DNA from: an uncultured Lachnospiraceae bacterium
Lineage (GTDB): Bacteria; Bacillota; Clostridia; TANB77; CAG-508
DNA length: 64,000 bases
Reading direction: 5' to 3'
NCBI GenBank assembly: GCA_964470175.1
Contig: CAYYBL010000002.1
Coordinates: forward strand, 7,176-71,175
The notes under the pieces were generated by a model. It saw only the letters and a program-made list of their open reading frames with translations, was not told where the DNA came from and made no database searches. Made by a program: the position numbers and the translations under genes. Numbering within the stretch: the stretch's first letter is position 1; each line of letters starts with the position of its first letter. Below, in pieces: positions 1 through 9,539 of the stretch.

Positions 1-1298
1 TAAAGCAATTTAAAAATGGAAATATAAAATTTGTAGAAAGATTTTTTAATAGACTTGATAAAAAAACTCAAACCGTTATTCTTATACTCGAAGCTGAAAA
101 TGGCAATGGTTCATTTGTAAAGAGGTTTTTTTCAAGTGCTTTAGAAAATATAAAATCACAAATCATAAGTAAATTAGTCCAAAGTGGTTTCAATGATGTC
201 ACCTTTTTTCATAATAATTGGAAGCATATCGATGCTGAAACAAGGGTTAAAATTCTATTTAACAACACAAACAGTGTAGAATTTTGTCATAGACATATTA
301 ATGATTTAGATGAGCAAAATAGAAAAGATCTTTTACATATTATTAATCGCGAAAACGAAAGGCGAAGAGACGATTTTATTCCGTTTTCAATACCTACTTT
401 TTCTAAACAACTAGATGCTAAAACAATTGATGATATTATAAAAAATTTCAAAAAAGGAGAATATAGTGAGCTAGAAACACATTGGTTAGATATACCTGAA
501 AATATGCAAAGTCAGATTCTAGATGATATTTTAAATAATAATATTACTGAATTATTAAATTCACTTAGGTTTTCAGGTGACGAAGCTGTCACAAAAGTTG
601 CAATCCATGCCTTTCAAAACAATGATTGGAATCTTTTTGGAGAATATTGTCATGGTATGGATAGCACCGCATTCAATGAATTGGTAGCAAAAAAATTTGC
701 TGAAAAAGATAGAGATTTTTTAGTTCGCTTTTCATACTGGAATACCAGTTCAAATAAAGACATAGTCACACAAGTTGCAAAAGAAGAATACTTTGATAAT
801 AACAATGAAAGATTTGCTTTATATGCAATTGATTCAATCCATCCAGAATTAATAATGGAAATCGCAGATATTGAACTAAAAAAGAATAATATGGCATATA
901 TAAGAGAAATGTTTGATTTTTCACGTAACCCAGATATACATAAAAGCTTATTAAAGAGATATAAAGGAAATGACTCTGTATATAGAATTTTTATAGAACT
1001 TGACAACGAACTATGGGAATTATGTCATGACGAAGAAGATGACTTTTGCACAAATTCATCAAGATTTGTGTTAGATGAAATCCTATCTGATGAACCAGAT
1101 ATTGAGTTTATCGAAATGCTTATAAAAAATGGTTTATTTATAAGAGATCAGAGGTCAGAAATTATCAAACAGATGAAAAATGCTTCACATACACATACAA
1201 ATGAATTAACCACTAGACTTGTAAATCTATTAGAAGAGAATAAATTTAAAATAGGTCTTAGTACTAAACCTAAAAAAATAAAGGAGGAATCAAGATGA
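1..1298 (+). CDS. hypothetical protein, 5'-truncated by window edge
   Basis: Frame 3 is open from nt 3 to the stop at 1296-1298 with no internal stop; the listed ORF (504..) is only the first in-frame ATG. ATGA overlap with the next gene suggests translational coupling. No recognisable domain. Confidence 0.5.
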   Translation, partial: KQFKNGNIKFVERFFNRLDKKTQTVILILEAENGNGSFVKRFFSSALENIKSQIISKLVQSGFNDVTFFHNNWKHIDAETRVKILFNNTNSVEFCHRHINDLDEQNRKDLLHIINRENERRRDDFIPFSIPTFSKQLDAKTIDDIIKNFKKGEYSELETHWLDIPENMQSQILDDILNNNITELLNSLRFSGDEAVTKVAIHAFQNNDWNLFGEYCHGMDSTAFNELVAKKFAEKDRDFLVRFSYWNTSSNKDIVTQVAKEEYFDNNNERFALYAIDSIHPELIMEIADIELKKNNMAYIREMFDFSRNPDIHKSLLKRYKGNDSVYRIFIELDNELWELCHDEEDDFCTNSSRFVLDEILSDEPDIEFIEMLIKNGLFIRDQRSEIIKQMKNASHTHTNELTTRLVNLLEENKFKIGLSTKPKKIKEESR

Positions 1299-1978
1299 TA
1301 CTTTTACCAAGGACTTCAGGATATAAAGATATCCTAGATCAATACGAAAGCGAAAACAATTTTTCTTTTAATAATTCAACAATATTACCTGCTGAACAAA
1401 GAGATATTTTATATATAATATATGGCCATAACAGTGGAAAACAACCAACAGAAGAAACCGAGGAAGAAAAAAGAAGTAAAGAAACAATTGCAAAAAAAAT
1501 TATAGAAAAAATGCATGATCCTAGATTAAAAGAAAAAGGAAGAATAAACTCTTATATATATTCCCCTGGTGGATCATATTCAACTAAGGACGAAGATGAA
1601 AGAGATGAACTCACTCGAAATGGTTCTAAAGTAGCATATGTAGTCATGGAATTAAATGGTTTGGTAATTATGGAAGCAATTGGACAACTTGGAAACGCTA
1701 CGTACATTGCTGAAAAAAATGAAGAACTTGAAGAAAACATTACAAAAATGGGAAGAGGAGAAGCTTTAAGTAAAGATGTAATGTATAAAATAGTACATGA
1801 CCAATCTGATGGAAAAGGATATAATTACAATTCAAATCACATTGTCAATATTCTAGAATATGCTATATCAAATCCTCAAGGACTAATGAAGGTACTTAGA
1901 GAAAATGAAAGCTATTGCAATTTATCAACTTTAGTGAAAAGAATGAAAAAAAGTGAAGAAAGAGATGAAATTGAATAA
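1295..1978 (+). CDS. hypothetical protein (charged, E/K-rich)
   Basis: 227-aa ORF whose start overlaps the upstream stop (ATGA); same strand as neighbours; no recognisable motif. Confidence 0.5.
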   Translation: MILLPRTSGYKDILDQYESENNFSFNNSTILPAEQRDILYIIYGHNSGKQPTEETEEEKRSKETIAKKIIEKMHDPRLKEKGRINSYIYSPGGSYSTKDEDERDELTRNGSKVAYVVMELNGLVIMEAIGQLGNATYIAEKNEELEENITKMGRGEALSKDVMYKIVHDQSDGKGYNYNSNHIVNILEYAISNPQGLMKVLRENESYCNLSTLVKRMKKSEERDEIE

Positions 1979-2036
1979 TAACAAGATCTGTAGTATAATT
2001 GTATTATAATCAAATATAAAAAAGGAGTGAAAATAG

Positions 2037-2576
2037 ATGAAAAATCTAAAAGAAATGGCTCGGCATTTGTTTGGACCTTTCTTGAAATCTCCATATATCT
2101 ATAGAGGGAGCATTGACAAGAGAAAGACAACAGATCCAGAGTTATGTAGTATTTGCAAAGGTAGGTGTTGTAAAAATTGTGGGTGTTTTTTAAGTCCCCA
2201 GGATTTCAGCAAAATATCCTATAAAGTTCTAAACCAAGAAATTCAAAAAGGATACATTTCGATTGATTATGTTTGGAAAAAAAACTATGAAAAAAAGGGT
2301 ACTCTAGTACTCAGAATACGGAATGTTGGTAGTCCAATTGTGGACATAAAAAGATCTTCAAAACCGCACCAATGTATGATGTTGACCCCAAATGGTTGCT
2401 CTTTTTCTTATGAAGAAAGACCCTTGGGTGGAAAACTTCTTATTCCTCTTGTAAACGACAAAGGATATGCTGTATGTTATCCCAGATACAGCTATATAGA
2501 ATGTGCTCGTGAATGGGAACCATATAAACGAATTCTCAGAAAGCTCTATTTTAAGTATAGAAATATTGATTATTAA
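2037..2576 (+). CDS. cysteine-cluster protein, YkgJ/UPF0153-like (CxxCxxxCCxxCGC)
   Basis: 179-aa ORF with RBS AAAGGAG 8 nt upstream. Motif CSICKGRCCKNCGC resembles the putative Zn/Fe-chelating CxxCxxCC domain; followed by a terminator. Confidence 0.45.
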   Translation: MKNLKEMARHLFGPFLKSPYIYRGSIDKRKTTDPELCSICKGRCCKNCGCFLSPQDFSKISYKVLNQEIQKGYISIDYVWKKNYEKKGTLVLRIRNVGSPIVDIKRSSKPHQCMMLTPNGCSFSYEERPLGGKLLIPLVNDKGYAVCYPRYSYIECAREWEPYKRILRKLYFKYRNIDY

Positions 2577-2580
2577 AGGC

Positions 2581-2609
2581 GGACCGATGAATATCGGTTC
2601 GCTTTTCAT
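2581..2609 (+). terminator. Rho-independent terminator (GCGGACCGAT/ATCGGTTCGC + TTTT)
   Basis: 10-bp stem with one G-U pair followed by a T-run, immediately after the stop of the 2037..2576 ORF. Confidence 0.6.
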
Positions 2610-2745
2610 TATTACATAATGTCCTCTTTTGTTCTTAATATTTAATATAGATTTTTTTACAAAATTCTTATATAAAAAGTCTTCAGTCAACATTTCGAAA
2701 GCTAATTTTACCTATAATATCAGGTGTTACAAGAATTTGAAATTT

Positions 2746-2787
2746 TTAGCACTCTCCTATTGACATTGCTAAAAATAGTGTTATAAT
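2746..2787 (+). promoter_or_regulatory. sigma-A promoter (TTGACA-N16-TATAAT) overlapped by a CIRCE-like inverted repeat TTAGCACTC-N9-CATTGCTAA
   Basis: Consensus -35 at ~2760-2765 and -10 at ~2782-2787, upstream of the hsp20 gene. Left arm matches the CIRCE consensus TTAGCACTC exactly; right arm matches GAGTGCTAA at 7/9. Confidence 0.5.
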
Positions 2788-2906
2788 ATTAGTTGAAAAG
2801 AGAAAAAGATTGTTTTTAGAAAGCTAGCATCTGAAAACAATCAAATATGTGCTTGCCTTATATGGTGTCAACACATACATAAAAAATAGATAGGAGTGTG
2901 ATTAAT

Positions 2907-3323
2907 ATGATGATGATACCAAGAAAAAGAAATGATTTTGATTTATTTGATTCTATGTTTGATGATCCATTTTTTGAAAGAAAAGAAGTAAGATGGATGA
3001 AGACTGATATAAAAGAAAAAGGTAATAACTATATTATTGAAGTTGATTTACCAGGATATGACAAAGACAATATAAAAGTTGAGATGGAAAATGGCTATTT
3101 AAATGTTACAGCAAAGGTTGACAAATCAAACGATAGTGAAGAAGAAGGAAAATACATACACAAAGAAAGATTTTATGGTGAATGCTCAAGAAGCTTCTAT
3201 GTTGGAGATAATTTGACAGAAGAAGATATAAAAGCATCTTTCAAAAATGGTATATTGACACTTACAGTTCCTAAAGCAGAACAAAAGGGACTTGATGAGA
3301 AAAAATATATTCAAATAGATTAA
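2907..3323 (+). CDS. Hsp20/alpha-crystallin family small heat-shock protein
   Basis: IEVDLPGYDKDNIKV...GILTLTVPK are typical ACD motifs. The listed GTG start at 2898 lies inside the RBS TAGGAG; ATG at ~2907 is the better-spaced start. Confidence 0.85.
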   Translation: MMMIPRKRNDFDLFDSMFDDPFFERKEVRWMKTDIKEKGNNYIIEVDLPGYDKDNIKVEMENGYLNVTAKVDKSNDSEEEGKYIHKERFYGECSRSFYVGDNLTEEDIKASFKNGILTLTVPKAEQKGLDEKKYIQID

Positions 3324-3348
3324 AAGAATTAAAGAATTAAAAAAGAAC

Positions 3349-3490
3349 AAAAGGGGACATTATGCGACACTGAGAAGAAAAAACTCTTGTCAAACGTCCC
3401 CGTTTTTGTTCTTCGCGCCAAATTTACGTAGTTAATTTGTGTGCAATGTCGGCCGAATGCTTTTTATTATAGGAATTTATTCCTATAATA
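3349..3490. repeat. intergenic repeat element copy 1 (hairpin GGGGACAT..ACGTCCCC + conserved core TTGTTCTTCGCGCCAAATTTACG..AATTTGTGTGCAAT..GGCCGAA + hairpin AGGAATT..AATTCCT)
   Basis: ~85% identical (outside the first hairpin loop) to 38053-38202; partial matches at 40758-40784 and 32636-32664. The first hairpin is flanked by A- and T-runs, so it works as a bidirectional terminator. Confidence 0.6.
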
Positions 3491-3492
3491 AA

Positions 3493-3527
3493 AGACGAAT
3501 TAAGATTTTCTTAATTCGTCTTTTTTA
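3493..3527. terminator. bidirectional Rho-independent terminator (AGACGAATTAAG/CTTAATTCGTCT)
   Basis: 12-bp perfect stem with an A-run 5' and a T-run 3', between the convergent hsp20 gene and 3544..4449. Confidence 0.65.
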
Positions 3528-3543
3528 TTTCTTTAACCTTATT

Positions 3544-4449
3544 TTAGTACCAACCGTGTGCAAGCCAAAATTGTTTTGCAGCAACCCATGATCCATATCT
3601 TCCTTGAACATATGCCTGTGCAACTGCATCTTGATTTGCAACAGAATAATCACCATTTAATCTAGATCTCATCATTTGATAAGCTCCATAATACTGTCCA
3701 TTCACAGCATTATAATTTCCACCAGATTCCTTTTGAATAATCCAAGCTCTTGCTGATTCTTCTGACTCAGATCCCAAATTTACAGTAGGTGTAGATTGAG
3801 CTGGTGCAGCAGCTCTTGGCTCAGGTGCTGATCTTGCAACAACTACGTTTGAAATTTGAATAATCTTACTTACTGGTTCTTTAATAACCTCTTCAGAAAT
3901 CAAAGTCTTCTCTACTTCTACATCATTTTGATATTTTACTCTATATTTCAATTCTTTTATACCATTTTGACCAGCTTGTATAACAGAATCTTTGTGTTCA
4001 AATTCACTAGTTGACACATCTTTTGTAATAGTCTCATATGGTATCTCTTCTTGCTCAGTAATTATCTTCTCAACTATAGTGTCATAAGATGCTAATATCT
4101 CTTCTAGTGTAACATTAACTGGTTCTTCTACTCTATTTTCTGTCTTTTCATAATTACCATCATCCGTATCTTTATATATAGTAATTGTCTTTGATTCATC
4201 AATATTAGACTCAACTGGTGGGAAAACTTTTTCATCATCCCTAACCATTATAGATTCTTCTAATAAAATATCTTTAATTTTTGTTTTTGATGTCAACACC
4301 TGTGTCTCAAATCCATCTGAAAATGTTATAGTAACTTTATACATTTGTGACTTAGATGCATACACTCCAACGCTCAATATAACAACTAAGATTATAACTG
4401 TAAAAATAACTTTATAGATAATCTTGTTTAACAATTTATTATTTTTCAC
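3544..4449 (-). CDS. YabE/RpfB-like cell-wall protein (N-terminal TM, DUF348-like, G5-like and C-terminal Rpf/IsaA-type transglycosylase-like domain)
   Basis: C-terminus AWIIQKESGGNYNAVNGQYYGAYQM matches the transglycosylase-like ESGGNxNAVN motif. Central region is G5-like. GTG start with RBS AGAGGTG. Confidence 0.6.
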   Translation of the reverse strand: MKNNKLLNKIIYKVIFTVIILVVILSVGVYASKSQMYKVTITFSDGFETQVLTSKTKIKDILLEESIMVRDDEKVFPPVESNIDESKTITIYKDTDDGNYEKTENRVEEPVNVTLEEILASYDTIVEKIITEQEEIPYETITKDVSTSEFEHKDSVIQAGQNGIKELKYRVKYQNDVEVEKTLISEEVIKEPVSKIIQISNVVVARSAPEPRAAAPAQSTPTVNLGSESEESARAWIIQKESGGNYNAVNGQYYGAYQMMRSRLNGDYSVANQDAVAQAYVQGRYGSWVAAKQFWLAHGWY

Positions 4450-4554
4450 AAAACACCTCTAAGAAATTTATTCTCAACATAGAGATTATACTATATTAGT
4501 AAAATACTGTCAAATTTGTCAAGACAGTATAAAATTATTGGTATATCAGGCATT

Positions 4555-5286
4555 TTACGAATTGTCCTTATAATTCAAAATATCTTTCACAACCTCTCCA
4601 GCCATAATCATACCGGCCACAGAAGGCACAAAAGCCACACTTCCAGGAACACTTTTTTTAGTTGAATCAGAAACTATTTCACCATCAATAGTTTTTTCTA
4701 TCTTAATCGGTTCTTCCTTTGAATAAACAACTTTTAGCTTTTTTATTCCTCTTGTTTTTAATTCTTTTCTCATCACCTTTGCAAGTGGACACACACTTGT
4801 CTTATATATATCTGTGACCTCAAATCTAGTTGGATCTAATTTATTTCCTGTACCCATACAAGAAATTATAGGTATATTAAGCTTATTTGCTCTCATAACA
4901 AGTTCTATCTTAGCAGTCACAGTATCAACGCAATCGACAATATAGTCAATCGAACTATCTAATATTTCTTTACTATCTGGCATAAAAAACTCTTGATAAA
5001 TCTCTACTTCTGCATCTGGATTTATCCTTAAAATCCTTTGCTTTGCTTCTGATACTTTGGCGTTTCCAATAGTATCAATTGTTGCTAGAATTTGTCTATT
5101 TATATTTGTAAGACTAACTACATCATTGTCAACAATAATAAACTTGCCGACTCCTGTTCTTGCAAGTCCTTCGACTACATAAGAGCCTACTCCTCCCACT
5201 CCAAAAATAGCAATTTTTGAATTTTTAAGTTTTTCTATACCTTCTTTTCCTAAAATCAATTCTGCTCTTGAAAATTGGTTTACCAT
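4555..5286 (-). CDS. tcdA: tRNA threonylcarbamoyladenosine dehydratase (ThiF/MoeB-family, TcdA/CsdL-like)
   Basis: IAIFGVGGVGSYVVEGLARTGVGKFIIVDNDVV is a Rossmann E1-like motif; 243 aa is typical of TcdA/YrvM; RBS GAGGAAA. Confidence 0.7.
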   Translation of the reverse strand: MVNQFSRAELILGKEGIEKLKNSKIAIFGVGGVGSYVVEGLARTGVGKFIIVDNDVVSLTNINRQILATIDTIGNAKVSEAKQRILRINPDAEVEIYQEFFMPDSKEILDSSIDYIVDCVDTVTAKIELVMRANKLNIPIISCMGTGNKLDPTRFEVTDIYKTSVCPLAKVMRKELKTRGIKKLKVVYSKEEPIKIEKTIDGEIVSDSTKKSVPGSVAFVPSVAGMIMAGEVVKDILNYKDNS

Positions 5287-5303
5287 TATTGTTTCCTCGT
5301 TTT

Positions 5304-6194
5304 TTAATCCAACACTATAAGTTCATACTTAGTAGATCCAAGTCCTAATTTTTCTGCATATTCAGTAATATGCCTACCGCATCTTGAATCAATTCTTTCT
5401 TTTATGTCCTTAGTTCCTTCTTCATTTGTTTTCCAAATAGCATCAAGAAAAGCTTGATCATTCGCTACTGGATCTAGGGATGCAAAAATTCCAATATCAT
5501 TTATAACAGCATCACCTTGTTGAGCATCACAATCACAATCAAGACTAATTCTATTTGCAACAGTAATGTATACTATAGGGATATTTCTTTCTTTCAAATA
5601 ATCTGACACAGCTTTTGCGGCCTCTGCCATACTTTCAATAAAATCTTCTTGTTTATGATCCACTATCCAGCACTTGACAGGGTCCTCTGTTTGACCACAA
5701 GAGTGAATATAAGCTTTGCCATTACGTGATGCAATACCAATAGACTGATTTTTTAGATTGGCACCAAATCCTCCCATAATATGACCTTTTCCATGAGCTA
5801 AATTTAGAATTGAATCATAATTATCAAAATTAGCTCCAATAATATCATACTTTAAGTGCTTGCCATTCTTTACTGGTATCTTTTTTTCTCCACTTGCATC
5901 CATAATATCTACATTTGCAAACGAAGTAAATCCATGTTTCTCTGCTACTTTCATATGATCTTCAGCAGTATTTCTTTTTCCATCATATGCAGTATTACAT
6001 TCAATTATTGTACCATTTAATTTCTTTACTAATGGTGCTATCAAATCAGCTTTTAGATATCCTTTTGAGCCATCCTCACCAGTTGACACCTTTACTCCAA
6101 CTTTTCCATCTAATTTAACACCCAACACTTCATACATCTTAATTAGACTTTCTGGAGTAATTTCTTTACAAAAATAAACCTTTGAATTTTCCAT
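5304..6194 (-). CDS. DUF362 domain protein
   Basis: N-terminal SKVYF, KVSTGE, ECNTAY and HGF blocks match the DUF362 family pattern; RBS AAGGAGA. Confidence 0.55.
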   Translation of the reverse strand: MENSKVYFCKEITPESLIKMYEVLGVKLDGKVGVKVSTGEDGSKGYLKADLIAPLVKKLNGTIIECNTAYDGKRNTAEDHMKVAEKHGFTSFANVDIMDASGEKKIPVKNGKHLKYDIIGANFDNYDSILNLAHGKGHIMGGFGANLKNQSIGIASRNGKAYIHSCGQTEDPVKCWIVDHKQEDFIESMAEAAKAVSDYLKERNIPIVYITVANRISLDCDCDAQQGDAVINDIGIFASLDPVANDQAFLDAIWKTNEEGTKDIKERIDSRCGRHITEYAEKLGLGSTKYELIVLD

Positions 6195-6200
6195 AATTTT

Positions 6201-7232
6201 TCATTCTCCTTTACTTATAATTTCTTCTAGTTCTTTTGACATATATCTCGGACCTCTCACTGTAGTCACTCCATATTTTTTCATAAGCTCTAGAGTATAT
6301 TTATTTTTATCATACCTGTCAAGTACTTTTATTTGCATAATCTCAGGTACCTTTACATATTTATTCTTTGATTCATGTGGTATATGTACTTTTGTAACCT
6401 CTCCTTTATATAATATCGCAGAATATGGTCTAGCAACATACATATATATCACATCTCCTACTTCAATTCCAGCTCCTTGTTTCCAATTTACAATTCCATT
6501 TTTTGAATTCTCGAATGCAGAAATAACATCAAAATACTTGGGATTAGCAGGTATTATCCACTCTCTTTTAGACCTATTTACATTTCCTCCAATAAGGCTA
6601 TAGCTTTCATCTATTAATTCATATAACTTTTTTTCATCAATTAGATTGTCAAGTAATATTGTAATCCAATATTTTTTATTCATATGATATGCTGGATAAA
6701 AGTGTATTTTATCTATCAAAGAAACTATTTTTTCAGGGGGAAGTTTTATATTGATTACATCTACTATTCTATCACTCTCATTTCCGATTAGGCTGTATTT
6801 TATTGGCATAATAAGTCCATACCATTTTCCATTATCAGCTTTAAGTGTACCATAGTTTTCAAAGCCTTCATCCCAAGGACATTCAGGAATCGTACCATAC
6901 TTTCTTTTTACATAATCAAGTACTTTTGCTCTCATACTATCATCAGAAAAACATTTTTCTACAATATCTTCTATGATATCCTTTACTTCATTTTGCATTT
7001 GAGCCACATATCCAGTGGCATTTTTTAAATTTATAGAAAAATACTCCTCTCCCATAGATAAATCATATACCTTAACATCGAAGTCTTTTCCCATAATCCT
7101 AACATTTACCTGCAAATTATTATCTGATAACCTTTTCTTAAATAAATACTTCTCGCCATCAAAAATAAAGCCATATTTTGTCAAGCAATCTTCATTTATT
7201 TTTTTATTATCAAAAATATAATTATAGTTCAT
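6201..7232 (-). CDS. multidomain protein with YjbR/MmcQ-like and PUA-like (EVE/ASCH-type) regions
   Basis: The central segment YGTIPECPWDEGFENYGTLKADNGKWYGLIMPIKYSL resembles the MmcQ/YjbR family; the C-terminal part resembles a PUA-like fold. Assignment is tentative. Confidence 0.35.
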   Translation of the reverse strand: MNYNYIFDNKKINEDCLTKYGFIFDGEKYLFKKRLSDNNLQVNVRIMGKDFDVKVYDLSMGEEYFSINLKNATGYVAQMQNEVKDIIEDIVEKCFSDDSMRAKVLDYVKRKYGTIPECPWDEGFENYGTLKADNGKWYGLIMPIKYSLIGNESDRIVDVINIKLPPEKIVSLIDKIHFYPAYHMNKKYWITILLDNLIDEKKLYELIDESYSLIGGNVNRSKREWIIPANPKYFDVISAFENSKNGIVNWKQGAGIEVGDVIYMYVARPYSAILYKGEVTKVHIPHESKNKYVKVPEIMQIKVLDRYDKNKYTLELMKKYGVTTVRGPRYMSKELEEIISKGE

Positions 7233-7234
7233 TT

Positions 7235-8557
7235 CTACCCATTATTATTTAAAATTTTTATTCTCTTTTCTAGTTCATCAAATGATTTAAGTTTCCAAGA
7301 CCAATTATCTTTACTCTCTACTCCAGGTCTATTTATTCTTGAATTATTGTCTAATCCCAATATGTCTTGTACAGTGAATACTGATACCTTTGACCTAGTA
7401 TTTAATAGATATTTTATAAATGATTCATTTATTTTAAAGCTACTCGAACCATAAATGTTAAAATACTTTTTTAATTTAAGCTTATTTAAAAAGCTTAAGT
7501 TGTTATACCATCCCACTGCTGTATCCGTGTCATGATTACTTATATAATTTACTATTTTTTCATCATCATAAGCAATGTCTTTTTTTTCATTGATATCTAT
7601 AGAATATATGGTTATATTTTGTCCAAGGAAATTATAATGCTCCTTTAAAGCTATTGTCTCTTTTCTGATATCTCCCAAATCTTCTACCCAAAAGTTTTCT
7701 GGCCTTGCTATCTTAAGTAACTCATCAAAAAATTCATATCCAGGTCCTTTTTCATACACACCATTTTTAGCATCGCCACTTACTGGTATCTTAAAGAAGG
7801 AATCATAAGCTCTAAAATGATCTATTCTTACTACATCAAATCTCTTAATGTATTCTTTATATCTTTCTATTAAATAAGAGTAATTATTTTTTCTAATATA
7901 GTCAAAATTATAAACTGGATTTCCCCATTTTTGTCCATTCGGATTAAAATCATCCGGTGGAACTCCTGCAATATACTCTGCATTTCCATTGTTTAACTGA
8001 AAGCATAATAAATTACCTTCTACATCTGCAGAATCCATTGCAGGATATATTGGCATATCACCCACAATTTTTACATTCTTTTTATTTGCATAATTTCTTA
8101 TCTCATTCCATTGCTTGTCAAGTATATATTGTAAGAACATTATATACTCTTCATCCACTTTATAATGCTCTTTCATATACTTAGCATAATTTAATAAATT
8201 AATATTGGATTTAAATATATAATAATCTTCAGTCATACTAAACTTTGAAAAAGCTTCCTTATAGTACTTTTCCTTGTAGTTTCTTTGTACTTTTTCTCTA
8301 TCTTCAATAATTATTGGATCTTCTATAAGACCATCTTTTTTAAGTCTATCTAATGATATGTATTCTTCTTCTAATGCATAATAACTTATGGGAGAATATG
8401 GCAAATCATTACAAGCATTTATTGGTAATATTTCCCAATATGTTATACCATTTTCACTCAAGATATCTATAAACTTTTCTGCTTCATATCCAAAATCACC
8501 TATCCCATATTTACTTGGTAATGAAAAAATTGGAAGAAGTATCCCTAGTTCCTTCAT
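7235..8557 (-). CDS. malQ: 4-alpha-glucanotransferase (amylomaltase, GH77)
   Basis: N-terminus MKELGILLPIFSLPSKYGIGDFG is the GH77 hallmark. Start moved to the internal ATG preceded by RBS AAAGGAGAAA. Confidence 0.85.
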   Translation of the reverse strand: MKELGILLPIFSLPSKYGIGDFGYEAEKFIDILSENGITYWEILPINACNDLPYSPISYYALEEEYISLDRLKKDGLIEDPIIIEDREKVQRNYKEKYYKEAFSKFSMTEDYYIFKSNINLLNYAKYMKEHYKVDEEYIMFLQYILDKQWNEIRNYANKKNVKIVGDMPIYPAMDSADVEGNLLCFQLNNGNAEYIAGVPPDDFNPNGQKWGNPVYNFDYIRKNNYSYLIERYKEYIKRFDVVRIDHFRAYDSFFKIPVSGDAKNGVYEKGPGYEFFDELLKIARPENFWVEDLGDIRKETIALKEHYNFLGQNITIYSIDINEKKDIAYDDEKIVNYISNHDTDTAVGWYNNLSFLNKLKLKKYFNIYGSSSFKINESFIKYLLNTRSKVSVFTVQDILGLDNNSRINRPGVESKDNWSWKLKSFDELEKRIKILNNNG

Positions 8558-8679
8558 GCTTTCTCCTTTGTACAATATAATCAACTAAATTATATTTTTA
8601 TCTATATTTCTTGTCAAGATGCCTTATGCTTTAATTGAAATCATATTTATAAGGAAGTTTTTTACACTCCCTATAAAAT

Positions 8680-8717
8680 AAAAAAGGGGCCTGTACCTGA
8701 TTCCAAGTACTAGCCCC
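8680..8717 (-). terminator. Rho-independent terminator (GGGGC..GCCCC stem, T-run on minus strand)
   Basis: GC-rich stem followed by TTTTTT on the minus strand just after the stop of the L,D-transpeptidase gene. Confidence 0.55.
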
Positions 8718-8725
8718 AAAAACGA

Positions 8726-9370
8726 TTATTCCTTCACTACGACAACTGTCTCACCGACAATCGAATTATTATAAATAGTTTCCGCCAAATCATCTGGAAG
8801 ATTTACACAGCCATGGGATCCTCCCCCCATATATATGTCTCCTCCAAACGAACCGTATCTCCAATATGCATCATGCATACCGATATTGCCATTGAAAGCC
8901 ACAAAGTAATTCACGTGATATGTGTCCATAAGGTAATCATCGGTAAACTTCTGATATACCACATACTCCCCCGTGGGAGTAGGTGATGAATATAAGTCTC
9001 CTGTCACACAGGGGCCACTCCCAATAAGAGAGCCATCTGCATACATCTCGACCCATTGATCTGATATGTCAATATATACTACACTAGAATAAAACTCTTT
9101 CTCAGAATAGGTTGTGTCACTTTCTTTTGTTCTCAGATAATCAGCACACACATAGTTTCCATTTGACAGATGTGCCCAATCACCTTCATAACAATCAACT
9201 GACACTTCTTCTCCATATTCCAACTCACCTACTATGTCATATTCTGTGCCAGGGCCTGTGCGTTCTCGCACGCCGCTGCCCGTAACAACTTTTGTCTCAG
9301 AAGCGTACGCAGGTACACACGCAATTGCAAAAATTGAAAAAACAAAAACTACATTCCGCAAAAACTTCAT
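8726..9370 (-). CDS. secreted L,D-transpeptidase (SH3b + YkuD domain)
   Basis: N-terminal signal peptide and an SH3b-like segment. Catalytic SHGCVNL motif of YkuD L,D-transpeptidases is present. GC clearly above the local background. ATG at ~9370 with RBS AAAGGGGGAA. Confidence 0.7.
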   Translation of the reverse strand: MKFLRNVVFVFSIFAIACVPAYASETKVVTGSGVRERTGPGTEYDIVGELEYGEEVSVDCYEGDWAHLSNGNYVCADYLRTKESDTTYSEKEFYSSVVYIDISDQWVEMYADGSLIGSGPCVTGDLYSSPTPTGEYVVYQKFTDDYLMDTYHVNYFVAFNGNIGMHDAYWRYGSFGGDIYMGGGSHGCVNLPDDLAETIYNNSIVGETVVVVKE

Positions 9371-9539
9371 TAACAATTCCCCCTTTGATGTAAAATCGTT
9401 TTTGTATACGTGATACGCATTTAATTATAGCATTTTTTTCTTTATTTTTCAATATAATTTGCTAATTTACATAAAATATGATACAATCATATTTGATGCA
9501 ACTAATGGTTGAAGGGCAAAAGCCCAGAAAGGAGTTCTT

